DNA from: Octopus bimaculoides
Taxonomy: Eukaryota
DNA length: 54,503 nucleotides
NCBI RefSeq assembly: GCF_001194135.2
Contig: NC_068996.1
Coordinates: 30,219,610 to 30,274,112, forward strand
Reading direction: 5' to 3'
The notes under the pieces are model-generated. The model searched no databases, was not told the DNA's origin, and was given only the letters and a program-made list of their open reading frames with translations. The position numbers and the translations under genes are program-made. Shown here one piece after another: positions 12,814 to 24,600 of the stretch (position 1 is its first letter; each line of letters begins with the position of its first letter).

Positions 12814-14100
12814 TGAGGGAGAGGAAGAGAGGAGAGAAAGAGAGGTACAAGAAAGAGGACAGAAACAGGTGTGCTGATGTAAAGGAGCTAGCTGGTTACC
12901 TAGTCAGAGGGAAAGGCAAGAGGAGAGAGAGAATGATTAAAAATGAGGGCAAAAACAAATGTGCTGCTGTAGAGGAGATACATGGCTCTCCAGCCAGAGA
13001 GAAGAGCAAGGGAAAGAGAGAGTGGGAAACAGCAAAAGTGCAAGAGAGAGCAGGATAGAAATGGTGAAGTGCTCACAAGTAACAAGGACCAGAGCATAGA
13101 TGTGATGGTAGAGTAAAGAAGCATGGAGGTCATAATATATGTGGTTAGGTATTGCCAAGAAGGTGCAAGTAGGGAGTGGGGATTGCAGTGGCTGGTGAAA
13201 ACCTGGGTATAAAAATGGGATGGGGGAAAGTAGTGACACAGTGAGCAGGGCAGTGAGGGGATTGGAAGACAATCATAGTTTATGAAGAGGAAATGTGAGG
13301 AAGAGAAAGATGCTGTCTGGGGTAGGGTGTGTGAAAAGTTTGTTGTTACATGTGGGTGGGACACAATGCTTCTAGCACTCAGTTTTGCTGACATAGGAGG
13401 GTTTTTTTCTAGAACCTCACATCACCAAACATCTCCGTCTGTTGTCATTTCCTCCGGGAATCATAACATCCTAAGAGTAGTCCTCACCACTTCATCCCAT
13501 GTCTTCCGGGGACCCCCTCTTCCACAGGTACCATCCACTTTCAGTGACAGGCATTTCTGTGTACAGCTGTCTTTACTCATACACATCACATGTCCAAACC
13601 AACACATTCTCACCTGCATGCCACATTTAATCCCTCTTATGCCTAACTTTTCTCTCAACACAGTTGTACTTGTCGGTCATGCACACTGATGTTGCAAATC
13701 CAATGAATCATACTACCTCCATTCCTCTCCAGTATACGCACCAGCCACAATAATGAATTCATTTGTTGTTGAGGTAGTTTGCATAAGTAGAGATAAATGT
13801 AACTGTTAATCTATTTATGATAAATTTCAACTTAACTGTCGCAAACTTTGACTACCTCAATTACCTTATCTACCCACTTTTCTACTAAGAATATGTCCAC
13901 ACCATCGACTGCATCACTCCTGCCTATCCAGAAGAATTTGAAGCTCTGTCTCTTACCTGTGAGGAATCTAGTAGAGGCCCTTTCCATCTCACTTCTTGCA
14001 TACCACACACATTGACATGGTGACACTCCATCATTTTGATAATCTCACCAGATCTCCCCTTCATTGTGCCGACTTTGATAGTTTACAGCCCTAAAATTGT
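12290..14100 (-). mobile_element. Fragmented RTE (3' UTR 12290-12570, RT C-terminus 13416-13750, APE 13830-14100) interrupted by a GA-rich tract
   Basis: Matches to the other RTE copies; WFGHV/GRGGPRKTW and APE GVDIFLVEKW motifs. Confidence 0.75.
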
Positions 14101-14431
14101 GTACTTGGGAGGGATAATGGGAAGGTAGTTGTGGGGCTTTTGTCTGTGTCAGAAAAAATCTATGCAAACACTTGCTAGGTAGTGTAGAACCTTAGTACAT
14201 TGTGTATTCGATTCAATGAAGTATAATTTCTTCGCTCCCATACAGCATCCAGATTAAGGGCCAGTAAAGAGAGGGGTAAGAAGGGCATGAAAGTAGTCAT
14301 ATATGTCCATATATATATACACAGTATTAACCTTATATGTTTATATATATATACATCGTATATGTCTACATATACAAACACTGCACAGTATGGTATGAAT
14401 CTTACATATTCATAGACTCACACCCATAAAT

Positions 14432-14470
<39 letters not shown>

Positions 14471-15459
14471 CAATCATAGACCCTCATACATATGAACATG
14501 CAGTCCACATAGATGTAAATACATATATACTCATAAGCACATACATCCACACTGACATATACATATATATGAGGTTCACGTAAGTATATACACTTATATG
14601 TACTCTAACAGGCACATGCACACAAATATATGGGTATAGGAGACGAAACCTACTTACAGAACAGAAGTATGGTTAGCCAGGGAAGTTATATATGTTTAGA
14701 TTGAAATGGTGGGCATAATGTATAAGCAAAGATGGATGCAGTTTTTAACATAACACTAATATTTAAAGCTTATTATTATTAATACACCCTAAGCCACATA
14801 TCATAAATTGAACTGTTCAAGCTACGTATCATATAAACTTAGTAGCATATAAGAAATTGTACTGTTCTAATCTACACACCAACAATATTACCATGTAGTC
14901 AATGCCATTGACTCTTCTATACAAGAATTAGTTTACAGAGTCATCAACAGTATCATCATAAAGGAAGTATTCAGCACAGAAGAAATTAAATTTTCAGCTG
15001 GGTACATTGTACACAATAAATACACAGAGCACTCAGTACCTGAGAATATAGACTGAAAATGGGAATGGGAGAGGAAGCAAGATAACAGCAGAAATGGGTG
15101 ACAAAAGTTACTCAACAACACAGGTTGTGCATATTGCTTAGGTGGTCAAGGAGAGAAGGAAAGAGGCTGATGACATCAGAAGAATAAGAATAATGTAGAA
15201 GGAGCACAAGTGTAAGGGTGGGTGATGAGACAATGGTAAGAGTAGGTGATAGGTGGCATTACAACTGTCCTAGAGGAGAGAGTGATGGCTGGCAGTATAG
15301 AAGGACAAAGTTTGTGTGACGAAAGTGGTGTCTTTTATACATAGAACTAGCAAAGGGTGAGAGAGTCAGAATGATGAGGATGATGCAGTCAGCACAGGTG
15401 GTAGGTTGATGATAGATGGTGGACTATGAGTAACAAAGATTTGAAGAACATGCATCTTC

Positions 15460-16880
15460 TAGTCAGCATTCACCATTTTGTCCCTTGTATTCTCTTCTAC
15501 AAGTTCCACCACTCCAGCTTTTCCTGATGCATCATATGTCCATTCCAGTGCAACTTCCTCTCTTGTACACAATATTTAATTCCTCTCAGGTCATTCATAA
15601 TCTGGCATTTATGAATATTAAAATTACACAAGTATCAGAGCATTTCTTTCTAGTCTTTGCACCTTTCTGCTAGATTCTTCACCAAACTTATTAATTCTCA
15701 GTACACCATTTTATATAGCATGTACAGCCCTCACAAGTCATTCATCTACACCTAGTTTCCTTAGTAACCATCAGATTACAAGGTGGCACCTTAAAGCCAA
15801 CAAATACCAGCTTTAGTAATTTATACTTACCTGAATATTTTTCCAGTAGTTGTCTCACTAAGAAGATTGCATCTTCCAGGGATAGAGCTACACTGCATTT
15901 CATCTAGGTATGCTGTCATGGATCATTTCTGCTACAGCCTACAACTCTCTTTGTGAAATTCATTGCCTGATCCAAACAATCTGGTGCTTTTATAATTTCC
16001 TCTTTGTAAGATATACCTTTTGTTTTTGAAGCAGTTTGCAATGATACTGAAAAGCCAGTCATTGGGTTTGTTTAACTATATAGATACTTATGTATCCTAG
16101 ACCAGCTGCTTTCCCTTCCTTCCTATCCTTAATTGCTCTATCACATTACTGTCAACTTGAATTGCAAGTCATTCTGTAAGGTCAGCCTGAGGGAACCCCC
16201 ACCCTTTCTTGTAATCTCCACATCCATAATAGTATTTCCACGTCCCTCTCTTTCAGCTGCAATAGCAAGTGTACCTTTATCATTTCTTATACACTTCTCA
16301 ATGACAACTCAGTCGATATACTCGTCTTACAATCCTGAATACCTCATCATTGATCCTGTCATAAAACATATGCACATATCTGAACCATAATATCTAGCAG
16401 GTGATCTAGTTGGAACTCCCAGTGGTGTTCTCTCTATCTCCTTATGATAAGCATCATTTAGAATTTCTCTAATACTATTACCTGTAAGTTCTTTTAGCTT
16501 GTTTACTTTCTGCCTCTAATTTGTGTAGGGCAGTACATACTTCTCTATGAAAAGGTTGGGTATTTACAATGATCTACCTATCTTGTTTCCTCGTGGGAAT
16601 GAAATCTGACTTGTGTGTTCACTAGCTTGACAGATGAAGTGGCTGGCTTCATGAAGTGTGTGTGTTGTAAATTCTTTGATCAAGTGCATCACAGAACTCC
16701 TTTTTTTATATCATAGCCATAGCCTCTAAGGATATTGTGGGTATGGTGTTATCAACATGGCTGTGAAAGTTGTCAGCAACAGTTATGAAGTCACTGTCAA
16801 ATGTTGCTGAGATGGTGTTAATCCTGATTATAGGTATATGAAGAAATAAATGTTGCTGTTGAATTGTTTATAACTAGGCC
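15460..16880 (-). mobile_element. Old, highly decayed RTE LINE
   Basis: Traces of IPNDW, DAIFLVRQLLEK, KAAGL and a GDFNGHV-like motif on the minus strand. Confidence 0.6.
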
Positions 16881-16947
16881 CAGTTTAATTATCACAAGTA
16901 AGCTAACACTTAGGGGTTTGTACAGTGGCCAAGAGGAGAAGGAAAAA

Positions 16948-17157
16948 TATATATATAAAATGGAAGGCTATTGGCCATCAGGAAGATAATCCCCAATTGT
17001 TACCTTTGAATAGTGAGGCATTTCCTCCTCCATATTTTTAGGAGGTCTTGGGCCAACAGGATTTTGGGATCTGAAAATACGCCATAAAGCTAAACCCTTT
17101 ATGGACAGGAAACCTAAGATAATCTCACAAACTGGCCTTGCCCATTTTTAATATATA
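16948..17157. mobile_element. Possible small MITE
   Basis: Ends tataaaatggaaggc and gccttgcccattttaatata are imperfect inverted repeats in TA context. Confidence 0.35.
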
Positions 17158-17298
17158 CTTCTCTACATCTTAGAGGGTGCTGCTTCTTTAAGATTTGTTT
17201 TTTTACTAACACACACACACCATAATTCTAAAACAGTAAAGTAAATAGTAAATCTTTTTCCTAATAAATAAATGAAGACAAAGCAAATATCTGTAATC

Positions 17299-17304
17299 TT
17301 TATT
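17299..17304 (-). terminator. Candidate polyadenylation signal AATAAA of the RRBP1-like gene (3' UTR ~1.3 kb)
   Basis: First canonical AATAAA I found on the minus strand downstream of the stop, at the end of a very AT-rich tract. Confidence 0.4.
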
Positions 17305-18194
17305 TTCTTCATATTTTATCATTATTCAATAGTTTGATCAAGTAAATTCAATTGTACATTTTTACATGCTGAGGTTTCAAAAACTGTCATGAAAATAGAA
17401 TTAATGTCAGTTATATTTCATGCTATTTTAAAATCATAAAGAAAAATAAACTTTTCAAGTTCAACAAAGTTGTAATTTTGGTCAATTAGAATTTATAATG
17501 TAGCCTTATATTGTAAAAATATTTTGAGTAGCCAAATATATTTCTTTTCAAGAATTAATCATTTGTCTTTAAAAAAAGTTTGTATTATAAAATTTCTTTT
17601 AACTGAATTTGAAGTTTATATCGATTTTACATAACAAAATCTATAAGGTGTTAAAGAAATGAATTGAAGAAACAAGTTACATTTGAATCTTAACATTGTG
17701 ATATAAGGAAATGTTTACAGGAAATCTTATTACAAATTATAATATTCAATTAATTAAATCATAACTCCTTACCCATCATTATTTTCAAATTGCTACAGTA
17801 TGTGAGGGTTAAACAACAAATACTAATAATCAATTTTGACTTTTTATCAATGAAATTAAAGTGGAATGTTTGAGTTGCTAAAAGTAAATTTAAAACAATT
17901 CAAAGGAAAAATTTCAATCATAATTATCTATGAAAATGTTTCAAACTTCAGCTTAATTCAGCAAAAGTGTCTATTTCCTTTTATCCACAAAATTACAACT
18001 TAAATTAACAAATTTCCTCACATACTAAATTAAATAAAGAATTTGAACTTTTATAAGTACATTACTTAAAAAATATTTTAAAAGTTCAACTTCTATAAAA
18101 GGCACAAGATTCCTTAAATACAGTTGTTAGCTATATAAAAAAAAAAAAAATCTATCAAGCGATATAAAGTATTCAACTACTACTAAATATAATA

Positions 18195-18410
18195 TTGGTT
18201 TCAAATTTTGGCACAAGGCCAACAATGTCTGGGCAGATGGGTAAGTTGATTATATCAACCCCAGTGCTCAACTGGTACTTATTTTATCAACCCCGAAAGG
18301 ATGAAAGGCAAAGTCAACCTTGGCGGAATTTGAACTCAGAACGTAAAAACAGACGAGATATCACTAAGCATTTTGCCCAGTGTGCTAATGGTTCTGCCAG
18401 CTCGCCACCT
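18195..18410 (-). mobile_element. tRNA-derived SINE (second family) inside the predicted 3' UTR
   Basis: Head GGTGGCGAGCTGGCAGAA, B-box-like GAGTTCAAATTCC; degenerate sister copy at 32420-32600. Confidence 0.8.
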
Positions 18411-18606
18411 ACTATTAAATATGATATTAAAGTCAAAAGTAAACTGGTCATGTTAGCAATAAATTGACATATTAAAAAATTAAATGTAGTCATAACAAAA
18501 TTGAAAAGAAATGAAAAAAAAGATCAATTAGAATACATGATGTGTAGTTTTAGATTCTTGTGTATGGCCTTCCAATTGATGAAGATATCTTTAGATTTTG
18601 GTCCTC

Positions 18607-18648
18607 TTAAACTGAAGTTCCTACATCACTATTAGCAATCCCTGATGT
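18607..18648 (-). CDS. RRBP1: Terminal exon R: TSGIANSDVGTSV-stop
   Basis: Strong acceptor ttttttttcactcttacag; ends in GTSV like vertebrate RRBP1; followed by a long AT-rich UTR-like tract. Confidence 0.75.
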   Translation of the reverse strand, partial: TSGIANSDVGTSV

Positions 18649-21600
18649 CTGTAAGAGTGAAAAAAAAAAGTTCTGAGATTTAATAAATTGTTTACAAAAT
18701 GTAAGGAATTATAGGAATGTAGTTGGCATTATTGCTTTCCTAATCTGAAATAGAGCATGTTATTATCCTAGCAATTCTACTCAAAATACAATTTGCATAA
18801 AGAAAAGTCCAAATTATTTTTACCATTTTCCATAAGCAGCTGTTTTGACATTAACTAATCTATATTACAACACGTGATGGATTTTTTATTCCGACTATGA
18901 TAACCAACATTCTTAGACAAGACTTATCAAATTTCAATATTTTGCTTCTCAAAACTTGCTGAATATTCTCACTTTCATTAGTTTGTCATTTGACTATGGC
19001 CATTCTGGGGCACTACCTTCAAGGGTCTTTATTGCTCATATCTATAATAGTACTTATAAGTCTGGTACCAATAAGAACCAGATTTATGCTAGTTTGGAAC
19101 TTATTTTATCAAATCACTAACTTATGTTTTGACACAACACTAATTTTACATTGGTAAGCAGACATTCATGAAGGGTGTTTGGGCTAAATTTGACAGTTTG
19201 CATAAAAAGAAAATTATATACCATCCAAAAATAAGAGTATTTTTAAAAAATCAAAAAATATCTGGGGTGAAAACAGTTTACTCAAAGTTGTTGCTTTCAA
19301 CTTCCCCCATGGCCTTAAGATGGCTTTGTAACCAGGCACATGTGTTCTCACTGTGTCCCTTGGAAGATCTTTGAACACCTTTTTGATCTTGGCACCACCT
19401 TGGCCTTTATGTTGCAAGCAGAGTGGCTGGTGTCTTCCTTAGCCATACCCCACATATAGTAATCCATGTGATTGCAATCAGGAGAATTAAGAGGCCAGAA
19501 ATTGAGGTTGGTGAAGTCATTGAAATTTTCTGGCAACCACTTCTGACTCTTTCTGGAGATATAGCAAGGAGCTGAATCCTCCTACCACACATATGGCATT
19601 CCAGCAGCAACCCTCTCCAGTCAGAGATTGACCACAGTTTCCAGTAGCTTCACACAGCTATCTGAATTGAGCTAAAGGCTCTGTTCAAAGTTGTGATGAA
19701 CTGACATGTGAATGCAGTTAAAATGCCTGCTGTGTCCCTTCCAGCTGGCTATGGTTTCATAGTTTCTATTGCAGCTGTCCATACCATGTCTTACAACTAG
19801 TGTTTACAGTTTTCACAGAGCAATGAGCAAGCAGTCATGATGTTGGCATTTTGATACTTGGTGTGAATCATCAAATTCTTTTCCAATATTTGGGTGACTT
19901 CCAGTTTTCTATGTCAGCTAACTTTTTCTCAATTATAACTTTAATTTTTAGCTCTCCAACACTGTTGACTGTTCACCAATACATCATGCTGTTCCTGAAA
20001 AAAGGAGACATAAAAAATTGTCAAATTTAGCCTGAACACCCTGTACATATATGACAGTTTCTGTGCCATTTCCAAATCAGTTTTGAGTAAGATTAACTGA
20101 AAATTACAATAAGATTTGCAGTTAATATTTAGTCCAACTCACTCTTTATTATTGGTTAATAATTCTGAGATGTTATAACTTCATTAAATTTCAGTTTGTG
20201 ATGTTATATAACTATTAAACTTCAGCAAATACTGGATTGCTTTCTTCTATGAATGCCATTTTATGTAGTCTACTTATCAACATATCTCCATAGCAGCACT
20301 TTTGATATATATATATATACATCGCATATCAACAAAGCTAGTCTGTGTTAGTTTTAGGAAAACTGGTAATATTGAGCAAAGGCTATTGTGAAGCCATATA
20401 TAGAAGTGATGAGCACTGCTCGTGAAAGTATGAAAATAAAAAATTTAAAAAGTAGAAATATAAGATCTTGGGATACAGGATTTCATGAAAGAGATGAAAA
20501 AAGAATGAGGCAATTGGTGAGAAGTTGTACAACTGACTCATCCTACTGGTAAAATGAATGATAAAATGACATTTCTGTAGTCATTCAAATTAGCAAAGAG
20601 ATTAGAACTCAATTTTATGTGAATTTCTCTAGTCCAATGTACTTTGCTTTTTTAAAATTATAAAAACATTTACCATCAGAAACAATTCAATAAAACTTCC
20701 TCCATATGATCAATTCCTGTAAATGATTTTATAAGAGATCAAAAAACTGAATAACACCAAACAATGCCACAAGCTAACGCTTTTATTTAGATGTGTTCTA
20801 CAACAATTAAAGTCATATGTTATAAATTCATCATATGATTAAATTTGTGTATTACACAACCCTGAAACCAGGGTTTGCTTCAATTACTCCCTTCTTATAA
20901 TTTGATGAATTCTAAGTTTTACATATTTTCTAATAGTCTTTAACATGAGTTGCATATTCTTGACATTGTAAAATCAATGTGAAGGAAACTTATAAATCCA
21001 AGTCAGGAACAACAATGTCCTATATACTACAACCTCAACACTTCTTGGAATTAGAAAGTACTTTAGATACACCAAAGTACTACTACAGTACATCTTAAAA
21101 TCTGTACAAACCTATAATCAACAAGTAGCAATATCTCTGCAAGTATAATACAAGTCCTATATACTATATTTACAGGTAATATTGATGGTCCCAGTTCACA
21201 AGAGTAAATAAAAGGATTTAAATTTTATGTTGTATGAGAGCTTAAAAAATTAATTATAAAACAGTTCTTAGTAGTGTAGTGAAATATAAAAAGGTAGATA
21301 TAAAACACGGAGATGGTTAAATGTTAAATATTAAAGAAACTGGACCACTGAAATTTATCTGGCAGCTACAACATTACAAATCAAAAGACTATGCGTTTTA
21401 TAGTCATCTACATGTAAAACAATGTTAAAAAAAAAATATTTTTATATATTCATATTCCATTATCACAAATTATTTCAAACAAGCAATATATTAAAATTTC
21501 TTTATGCATTAAAATAAGCCCTTGCATCAAAGAGGAACTTATCAAATGCTTCACTCACATTAAATGTGTGTGTGTCTGCATATAAAATGTATATATATAT

Positions 21601-24600
21601 ATATATAAAACAATAAACACTACCCCAACCTTAGTACAGAATACACTTAGAACCAAAATAACCACTTTAACCTCAATAGACCTAAGCCTCTCCCACTAGG
21701 AAGCAATTCACCCCCACAGAATAACCCATGTGACTGTAGGAACAGGAATAATTGTGCCTTCAGTAACATCTGTAGAATTAAGGATGTTATTTATCAATGC
21801 ACAGTCAAAACATAGTCTAGCAAATTGAGTTATAGTGGAGCAACCCAAAATGAAATAAAATGAAGACTAGCCACACACCAACACTCTTTTAGAAACAGAA
21901 ACTTAATTTGACAGGTTTAAGTAGGTACATTTGGGAGCTCAAAGACAGTAACACTAGCTTCACATTAAATTGGGAGATCCTCACTACTGCACCTTTGTAT
22001 TATGAAAAAAATGGGAAATGTTACCTTTGCATTAATGAAATTTTTTATATTCTAACAGCACGTAATCCATAAGTGAACTTGAGAGTTGAGTAAAGTGTAG
22101 TTTGCCTGCACAAAGGGAGGTCTACTTTTGATAAATATAAATAACACTAGAAATACTTATACTATTCCTTAATAGTACTTATAGACCCACAGCATAAAAT
22201 TAGTAGCCCCTGATAGTTTAAAGAAGTTATACCTCTTGCTCCTTTATAGTTCATCTTGTTAGGAATAACCGAGGCTCTTGTAAGTAGTCAAACAACCAAT
22301 CCCTCCTCTTACCCTTTTCCTAAGTTTTAAATGTTATCCCCACCCATATCAATTACCTATTTCTTATAAATATAAATAACACTAGAAATACATATACTAC
22401 CTCATAATAGTACTTATAACCCCGCAGCATACAAAATACAAATAGTAGCCCTTGATAATTTAATGCAGGTTATACATCTTACTTCTTTTACAGTTTGTCT
22501 TGTTAGGAATAACCTAGGCTCTTGTAGGTAGTCAAATAACCAACCCTTCCTCTTACTCTTTTCCTAAGTTTTAAATGTCACCCCACCCCCATATATCTTA
22601 CCTATTTCTTATAGCAACTAAACTTTCCCCTATTTTATCATCACCTAATCCCTTGTGTTATGCCTCTTATTTTTATCATAACTGATCCAAGAACACAAAG
22701 GCTGTAGGTTTTCTACCATATAGTCTTTTACCCTTAAGAACCACAATAACCACTTCAAATCCTAAATCTTATTTAAACTTCAATTTTAGCTTTTCCTATC
22801 TTGTTTGCTTTCTATACCCTCCAGCAGTCAGTGAGCCATTAGGTGGCTTCTGTACCTCTGCTTGAAGTCTATCGAACTACCAATATATACTTTGCTCTGG
22901 CCATTTTGTGTTTCAATGCTACATTTATAAATAACATTATCCTGGCAACAATTTCCGCTAATCGAACATCTTAGAGGGTCGCTACAATTACACTTTTTGT
23001 ACCCTTTATGTGGTCTACTGCTAGCATTATTCAGCATGCTGATTGCTTTCGTCCTTCCAATGCTGGGATCCACAGTATTATTTGTACTTTCATTCATGCT
23101 AACTTCAGGTTTTGCTTGCCCCAATAAATCTTCGCAAGCTGAGTTTCGTGTCCAATGAAGGAGACGACATTGGCATGGGTGCCAGTCTTCGAATTTAACT
23201 TGATTTCGATTTCACTTGCCTCAAAAGGTCTTCGCAAGTGAAGTTTAGTGTCCAATGAAGGAAGGTACGCATAAGTGGAGTGGCTGAGGCTTTAGATTTA
23301 GGTCTCAATTGGCTTGCCGGGTCTTCTCACGCTCAGCATATTTCCAATTGGCAGAGTTTCTACAGCTGGATGCCCCTCCCAACGCCAACCACTCAGAGAG
23401 TGCAGTGGATGCCTTTACATGCCACCGGAACGAAGGCCGGTCAGTACTGACAACGGACACGCTCAAAATGGTGCATCTTATGTGCCACCCGCACAAGAGC
23501 CAGTCCGGGGGCACTGGCAACGATCTCTTTCGAAAGTCCTTACACATGTCGCGGGCACAAGTGCCAGTAAGGCGATGCTGGGCACAGGTGCCATCACGAT
23601 TTCGCTTGCTCCAATAAGTTTACGCAAGCTGAGTTTCATGTCCAATGAAGGAGACGACGTTGGCATGGGTGCNNNNNNNNNNNNNNNNNNNNNNNNNNNN
23701 NNNNNNNNNNNNNNNNNNNNNNNNNNNNNNNNNNNNNNNNNNNNNNNNNNNNNNNNNNNNNNNNNNNNNNNNTTACTGCAGCAATCAGGAACCTTTTGAC
23801 GATCAGTACGTTTCCAGTATTGTGTCAAGGATGCAATTTGTGAAATTGGACCAGTATTTACATGTGAGAGACACTAGCAGTACCTCAGTATCTGGGGAAC
23901 CAAACTTTGATCCCTTATTTAAAGTAAGACCCCCCTCATCGAATGCATTCAAAACTCATATAAGATGTTGTACAACCATGATAAATACTGGGTACTGCTG
24001 TGGGTTTCATTTTTATACTGAGAAAAGTGACAATAATGTTACTCAGGGTACGATGTGGTTTAGATTATAATAAGTACATAGGCAGTGTAGATCAGCTGAA
24101 CCAAATGAGGAGTCATTAACTGGTTGGTGGACTGGGTAATAAATGGTGGCGATACCTGCTTTGTTATATAGTAAATATGAGTATTATAAATGCATTTATA
24201 TCACATACCAAATCAGGAGCGGCTCAAAAGTGTTGTGACCATCTGCAGTTCCGAGCAGATGTAGCAAGACAGTTGAGGGCAGGCTATTCCTCCAAAATAA
24301 TAACTGTAGGAAGGAAAAGCAAAACCTGCCACAGAGATATCCCTCAGAGTTCAGCCTTTCTCCATAAAGTGGGGAAAAAAAAAAAAAAAAAAAATGTCAC
24401 AAAAGGTGTTGCCGTGAATGTCTACATATCAATGAAGAAAAATTCTCAGTGGATGCCCACTTCTTTCAAATGTGCATTCTGCAAGGTTACAGTATGTAGA
24501 GTGGGAGGTTTTATAAGTCTCCCTGACAGAAATATTGTGTGAATATTGTATATATGCATGATCAGATTGTATAAATATTTTTCAAATTTACTTCGTTATT

